A DNA stretch of 64,000 nt, from the NCBI GenBank assembly GCA_043228905.1, contig JBHGNT010000015.1:16182001-16246000 (forward strand). The letters run 5' to 3'. The notes beneath the pieces are model-generated. The model was not told where the DNA came from. It saw nothing but the letters and a program-made list of their open reading frames with translations, and did not search any database. Below are positions 57,686 through 64,000 of the stretch, piece after piece. The translations under genes and the position numbers were made by a program. Source of the DNA: Azolla caroliniana (lineage: Eukaryota > Plantae > Polypodiophyta). The number at the start of each line of letters is the position of its first letter. The stretch's first letter is position 1.

Positions 57686-60638
57686 GTATATGTACATATA
57701 TTTATATGTATATATATGTATGTGTATGTATATCCTTTAGATCACTTATGTCTAAACATTTTTTTCTTCTCTTTTCTCTGTTTTGTTGTGTTTTTTTTAT
57801 TCATTTAGGGTCTGGGAAAGGGAAGCCTGATTACTTGGCCACTGTAGATGTGGACCCTGGATCATCCACTTTCTCTCAAGTTATCCACCGCCTGCCGGTC
57901 AAGTATGTGGATGATGAATTGCACCACACGGGATGGAATGCGTGCAGCTCTTGCTATGAAGATCCATCCACGGCACGGCGTTTCCTCATCCTCCCTTCCC
58001 TTGTGTAAGTATAACATATCAATCACCTTTCAAAAATCATTTACATATAAACAAGGATATGCATGTTCATAAATGTGTATCTATGCACACAAATATAATA
58101 AAATCTTTATATGAACGAAACATATGTAGATATGGCACAGGATGTATCTATGAGTGTATTTCTGTATGTATGGATGTATGCGCTTATTTATAGGTGTGTG
58201 TGTGCACAATCATAGACATATGTCTCATTGATGCATATGTATAAGTTGTGTAATCCAACAAGGTAATGGTACTTACATATTGATTTGTTTTAATGTTGCA
58301 GATCGACTAGAATTTATGTTATAGATACTGCTACTGATCCGAGAAACCCTTCGTTGCATAAGATCATAGAGCCTTCTGATATAATATCAAAGACTGGGAT
58401 GGCGTTTCCTCATACATCACATTGCTTGGCTGATGGCAACATCATGATATCTTGCCTCGGTGATAAGGATGGGAATGCTGAAGGGGCAGGTTTTCTTCTT
58501 TTGGATTCGAACTTCCAAGTTCTTGGAAGGTTAGAGGCTCATCAGATAGAAAAATACGCCATTTTCTCATAATCAATTTCGAATGATGGCTCTATTGCAC
58601 AAGCTTTTAATGAAGTTTTTGTTCAGTCAATGAAAACTCGCAAGATAAACCACATAGTTGCATCATTAATGGATAGGTTGTCTCTAATTGAAGTGGAATT
58701 GAATTGAGTTGAAATATTTTAGGTGGGAGAAACCAGGACACAGCCCTCACTTTGGCTATGATTTCTGGTATCAACCTCGGCACAAAACAATGATTAGCTC
58801 TTCGTGGGGAGCTCCTTCAGCTTTCACAAAAGGGTTCAATCCTCAACATGTGTCAGACGGTTTGTATGGACGCCACCTATTTGTGTATGATTGGCCAGGA
58901 GGTGCATTGAAACAGACGTTGGATCTTGGCAACACAGGATTGATACCACTAGAGGTGTTTCCCAGAAAAGGAAAACATAAATTGGAATCATAAATCTATG
59001 TTTGTTCAAGTGCTAAGGCTAAATCTGAATATTGGTCATGCCAGCACCTTTTGTGCTAGAGATTAACTTGTGCGGAACTAGAATAGGACATGCTCAAGAG
59101 TGTAATGCATGGATTGTCTTCACATTTATGGATTAAAGAAAACTTTTGCTCGAACAGAATAGGTTTGTTAAAGGTTCTAATATGTGAATTTTCTTTTTAC
59201 ATAAGCATGATTGCAACACTTGTATTTGAGCTAGAATAAGATTTGCTGAAAGAGTGCAATTTGTGAATTGCCTTTGCAATTATCTTATGGATCATGACAT
59301 AATTTGTGTTTGCATTACAACAGGACTTGTTAAAGAGTGAATTGTCTTCTGTCCATAAAGTTTTTCCATAATCCCGATAAGGCTGTATTTACAGATGATT
59401 GGAAAACTTGTGTTTGAGCTAATCTAGGATCATGAGAGAACTCATGTTTTAGAATAAGACATGTTAAAGAATAAATTTCTTCTGTAGGTGAGGTTTTTAC
59501 ATAATCCTGATAAGGCAATTGGTTTTGTGGCGTGCGCATTGAGCAGCACTGTGGTTCGTTTTTTCAAGAAGAAGGATGACAGATGGGACCATGAGGTACT
59601 TAAAACGAAGAATTGGTAGATGTTGGTATATAAATGGTTTCATTATACATATCCAAGACATGAAATTTCTGAGTGATGTTTGGCAGGCTATATGCCACTT
59701 AAAATAGAACATATTCAGCATGAAATTTGGAGTGATGTTTAATAGATATACAAGAAATTATATTGATTGTTGTTGATGTGCTATATCCATATGTAAATTC
59801 TTTTCCTTCTATTAATAGCTTATCCTAAGTGCTTGATGGCAATGAAATAATTTCCAAAAGATATTTGATGCATTATATGCTACTTTAACATTCTTCTTTG
59901 AAATATAGGTTGTCATAAGTGTTCCACCCTTGAAGGTCAAAAACTGGGTCCTGCCAGAGCTACCAGGCCTTATCACTGACTTTGTCATCTCTTTGGACGA
60001 TCGTTTCCTGTACTTCGTCAATTGGCTCCATGGAGACATTCGTCAGTATAATATAGAGAACCCTGAAAAACCAGTGTTAACAGGACAACTCTGGGTCGGC
60101 GGGGTCTTCTATGAAGGTAGCAATGTCTTCAAAGTGGATGAAGATGGAAAACTGTCCCAAACCAAGCTTCCCACAGTGAAGGTAAAATTACCTTTGTAAT
60201 GCCTAAAAATGTTCAAATTGCTTTGAATAGACCCTCAAAAGATCTTAATTAGTAGACAAATTTGATATCTTATACTCATCATGTCTTGAGACACATTCCT
60301 AAAACAAATAAAAATCTCAAATTGCTTTTCTGAATGTCGATTGTTATGCTTAGGGAAAGTCATGTTTACGGGGTGGTCCGCAAATGATTCAGCTAAGTCT
60401 TGATGGGAAGAGACTCTATGCGACCAATTCACTCTTCAGTTCATGGGACAAGCAATTCTATCCTGAACTAGTTGAACAAGGATCACATTTACTGCTTATC
60501 GATTGTAATACTTCAAAGGGAGGCCTCTCTCTCAACAAGGAGTTTTTTGTTGACTTTGGGAAAGAGCCAGATGGACCAGCATTAGCACATGAGGTTCGGT
60601 ATCCGGGTGGGGATTGCACTTCAGACATCTGGGCTTAG
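57470..60638 (+). CDS. SBP1: Selenium-binding protein / methanethiol oxidase family (SBP56), 7 exons, 484 aa
   Basis: GT-AG exons 57470-57602, 57809-58004, 58302-58529, 58723-58954, 59488-59595, 59909-60181 and 60354-60638 join in frame (1455 nt). Motifs: [57 protein letters not shown]. Confidence 0.95.
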
Positions 60639-61199
60639 CATTTTTGTTTATAAAATCAGAAATGATTGATTTTTGGCTAGAAATTTGTTTGCATATCAAT
60701 CAGACAATCTTGTAGCTGATTCCCCTTCGAAGTTGTCTTTCATGTATATTTGCTGATCCCTTGGGACTGAAAACCATCATTAACATGTTGCCCTTAAATA
60801 AGACGAAGTTACATCTGGAGCATTATCTCTAGAGAAATGTGGCCATCTTTGTTTGAGAAAGGTTTGGAAATGTCTATATAAGCTACTGAAAGTGTATGGG
60901 AAATAGCTAAAAAAAATTGTTACATGATCTGTTTTTTTTTATTATCAAAATTGAGATGATTAATGCACATAGGAAGCCTGTCTATTTTGTCATTGTTCCG
61001 AGGCTTTAGGATTGCAAAGAGGCGACAAGACAGATGCATTGGGGCATCTATATGTTTATATGAATCTGTGGAAGGTGGAGTACATGCCTGGGAATCTGAA
61101 CAATGATATTGGGCTAAATCAAGCTTGTTATAACATTTGGGTTATACAGTTGGGAAATTTCAAGTTATGTAGACAGATTAGGAGGGGCATAAATCAGCC

Positions 61200-61445
61200 T
61201 CGTAGGAGTTTCGACACCAATCTTATTTCCATGCAGATGACATCAAAAACTCATGCCAGATTCACATATGGGATTATCAGTCCATCTAGAAGTGTCAAAG
61301 ACTTCTTCCTTCGACAAAAATCTTACTTCCTCCAAATATTTCTCATTTGAGTTTGACATGAATTTGCTAACAATGCCTAGAAATGCCATGCTGGGTTTGG
61401 TGCCCACCATGGCTTGCATCAAGCTTTGATGACAGGTGAGTATGG
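61200..61445 (-). mobile_element. Highly degenerate Copia RT remnant
   Basis: SLMQAMVGTKPSMAFLGIVSKFMSN resembles Copia GSLMYAMVxTRPDIAxxxGxVSRFMSNP. Confidence 0.5.
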
Positions 61446-62333
61446 AAAATTCCACAACCGTTCATTTCCAGGTTGAGATGTGTGGGAAATCCTCCGTGCT
61501 CAATCGCATGTAGGTTGTATAGGTTGGCAATGGAGTATTGAAAGGCTTTGCTCTCCATCCCCTAAACCCTAAACCCTAATTGGGCCATTGGTACAGTGTA
61601 GTTGTTATATTAACTTGATTGAAATGTGATGGATGGAATCCTCGGATTCTTTGCGACTCGAGTGATCTGTATACAAAATGATATGTTTCTCTCCCACCGG
61701 ATCCTTCGCGTCCTCAATACTTCCACACACATCAACCTTGGTTCTTTTCATTACCATGATTCTCTTTCACAGTTTGTTTGATCACATGTCATGTGGTCGA
61801 AAAGCTCCATCTTTCTTCACGTCCAAACCATGAACCATGTCTAAACTTGAGTGATGGCTTTGTTTAGGGTCGTGGAGTTGTGTATTCGCCATTCATTCAC
61901 AAAAATGAGAGAACCCAAGTTCCATTCTCACCATGGGCTACGGCCCTGTCTCATAGATCGCACTCGGTTTTCCCATGAATGTTAAAAATGATAATTGTCT
62001 ATCTTTACCTCGAGGAGCTTCTTTTCTTCTTCAAACTTTCTTATATTGGCCTACAGACGGTTATGTTGTTGGTAAGCAAGGCAAGTTCCCTTGTGGAGAC
62101 ATTATTTCGGGTGCTTTTGATTGTGACTTTAGTTGCCTTTTCTAACATGGAAAGCTATTAGTGATGCCTCTCAATCATTTGTGCTTGCCGATGGCAAGAT
62201 TTGAAATCAAGTGGTTAAACTTAAGACTTAGTTGTGTATGCACGGGTCAAGTACAAACTTTTTGTACACATCACATCCTCCAATGTTCCTACTAAATCGG
62301 CACTAGCAATAAAAGGGCCTTGTACACCACTAC

Positions 62334-62433
62334 TTTGAAAACCTGAGGGCATCCAAGGAATTTCGAAACCTGCGGGCATCTCGGGAATTTCGAAACCTGA
62401 GGGCATCCCAAGAATTTCAAAACTTGAGGGTAT
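62334..62433. repeat. 27-bp minisatellite, ~3.5 copies
   Basis: aaacctgagggcatccaaggaatttcg-type units at 62339, 62366, 62393 and 62420. Confidence 0.85.
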
Positions 62434-63044
62434 ATGAATAGAAATATTTAAAACTTGTGGGTAGAAGACTAATTTTTAAAACTCATCAACGTGAACGAGA
62501 TGGATTCACGACAACTCACACAAAACAATGAGAGGAATATTACACATACACACAACGTTTTTTTTTGAAGCTCCGAATAATGATACCAAAGTTCGTGTGA
62601 GGAGATTCGTCGACCGAAGGAGATTTTCGAGAAAGTCGATCGATGAGAGGACCGATGGAAGTTCCGGTCGTATAGAGATTATGATCAAGGCATGTGGGTT
62701 CGAAGTGCAAGGCACTTTCCCACGGGCATGCCATAATGTGTTACCGTACGAGATGTACGGAGAGTAGAGTGTGATGAGTGAGGGTCGAATGCTATAATGT
62801 TGTTGATGTGTATGAGTAAATGTGCACAAGTATAATTGTAAGTATGAGTCGATACGTATGTGAACACATGCACACATGTGTGCATGTGGACATATACGAA
62901 GAGGTGTGAGTGAGTGATTAGTGTGAATGGACAAGGGGGCTTGCACCCTTGTGTATCCCTTTTGTAACTATTTAACCCCTTATGGGGAATGAATGAATAA
63001 TGAATAAGTCCTCTCTCAATCTCTCTCTCTTGTCGTCTCTCTTT

Positions 63045-64000
63045 TTAAGTAACATGGGGGTCAAGCAAGGATGTCCACTATCACCCACACTTTTTGGCTT
63101 ATGTATTGATAAATTAGAAGAAGTGGTAAATAAGGTTGCAAGAGAAGAAGGATTCAATGCTCCCAAATTGATGCAACATGTTATCTTATTGCTTCTATAT
63201 GCTGATGATGTGGTACTCTTCTGATATTATGTTGATAGTATGCAAAATTTACTTGGGGTATTAGAAGAATTTTGCCATAGTAGTGGACTAGCAGTGAATG
63301 TGGAGAAAACAAAAATGATGGTATTGCAAGCCATCCAACCTCATCATTACTCTTGCTCACATATAGAGGTGAACACATACAATTTGTTCAAAGCTTTAAA
63401 TATCTTGGTATTGATGTACCTGCCACAAATAAATGGAGTGCATGCTTTGATTCTAGGCTCCAAGCCGGTTGGAAATTGTATTACCTTTTGGAGAACCAAC
63501 GCAACCAAAGTGATACTTGTGGATGGGAAGTAAAGTTAATGTTGTTCAATGCCATGGTAACTCAAGTATTACTTTATGGAGTATAAGTATGGGGTGGCGC
63601 CATCTCTCTTAATGCATGGAATGATATTGAGAAAATTCAAAAGATGTTTTTAAGGAGGCAATTAGGAGTTAAATGCACTACCTCTTACCAGGTTATGCTC
63701 TTGGAAACAAATGTTCGACCCATAGAACTATTGGCACTCCAAAAAGTATATAAATACATTACAAAAGTCAGGAATATGCCGAATTATCGATTACCACATC
63801 TTGCTTGGAATGTTGGATGAAGCTACAAAAGAATTATAAAAGTAAGATTCTCTCATCCGGTTGGGTTGTTGACATAAGGAAATGGTTTAGAAGATGGGGT
63901 TTGGATGATCTTTTAGAGCTTTCGGGCAATGCTATGCAGTATGTCATGATTGAGGAAAGGTTGGTGGAATCATTAAGGATGAAGTGGGAAGATGCTAAGA
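63045..64000 (+). mobile_element. 5'-truncated non-LTR retrotransposon (LINE) reverse transcriptase pseudogene, runs off window
   Basis: MGVKQGCPLSPTLFGL, LLYADDVVL, VNVEKTKMM, FKYLGI, LLYGV. Stops and frameshifts present. Clade not assignable by eye. Confidence 0.88.

Noticed and set aside
61560-61579. Interstitial telomere (CCCTAAA x ~3)
   Set aside because: Too short. Such telo-box-like tracts are common in plant DNA.
62506-62946. 146-aa minus-strand ORF and overlapping ORFs
   Set aside because: No recognisable domain and simple-repeat-biased composition. Probably part of an unclassified repeat.

Overview
Eukaryotic, repeat-rich plant genomic DNA, most likely from a non-seed land plant such as a fern or lycophyte. 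That placement is inferred from the Tcn1-type chromoviruses and cannot be proven from this window. Bases 1-35 kb hold a hAT remnant and two stacks of nested LTR retrotransposons. Stack 1 is Gypsy A > Copia G > Gypsy B, C and fold-back element F. Stack 2 is Gypsy E > Copia H > near-intact Gypsy D, plus a solo LTR. The right half has two host genes: an intronless GSL5/CALS12-like callose synthase (37719-43085) and a 7-exon selenium-binding protein (57470-60638). Between them lie a degraded tandem duplication, an RDR-like fragment and Copia I, and a 5'-truncated LINE ends the window. The most notable signal is a shared LTR architecture in the Gypsy/chromovirus elements. All six carry an outward-facing tRNA-like A-box/B-box unit at the U3 tip, with tRNA-like spacing. 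The four that retain a 5' LTR/PBS junction (A, B, D, F) have a Tf1-type self-priming PBS instead of a tRNA PBS. Those four also have a U3/R hairpin that co-varies with the primer and PBS. All alignments and counts were made by eye.
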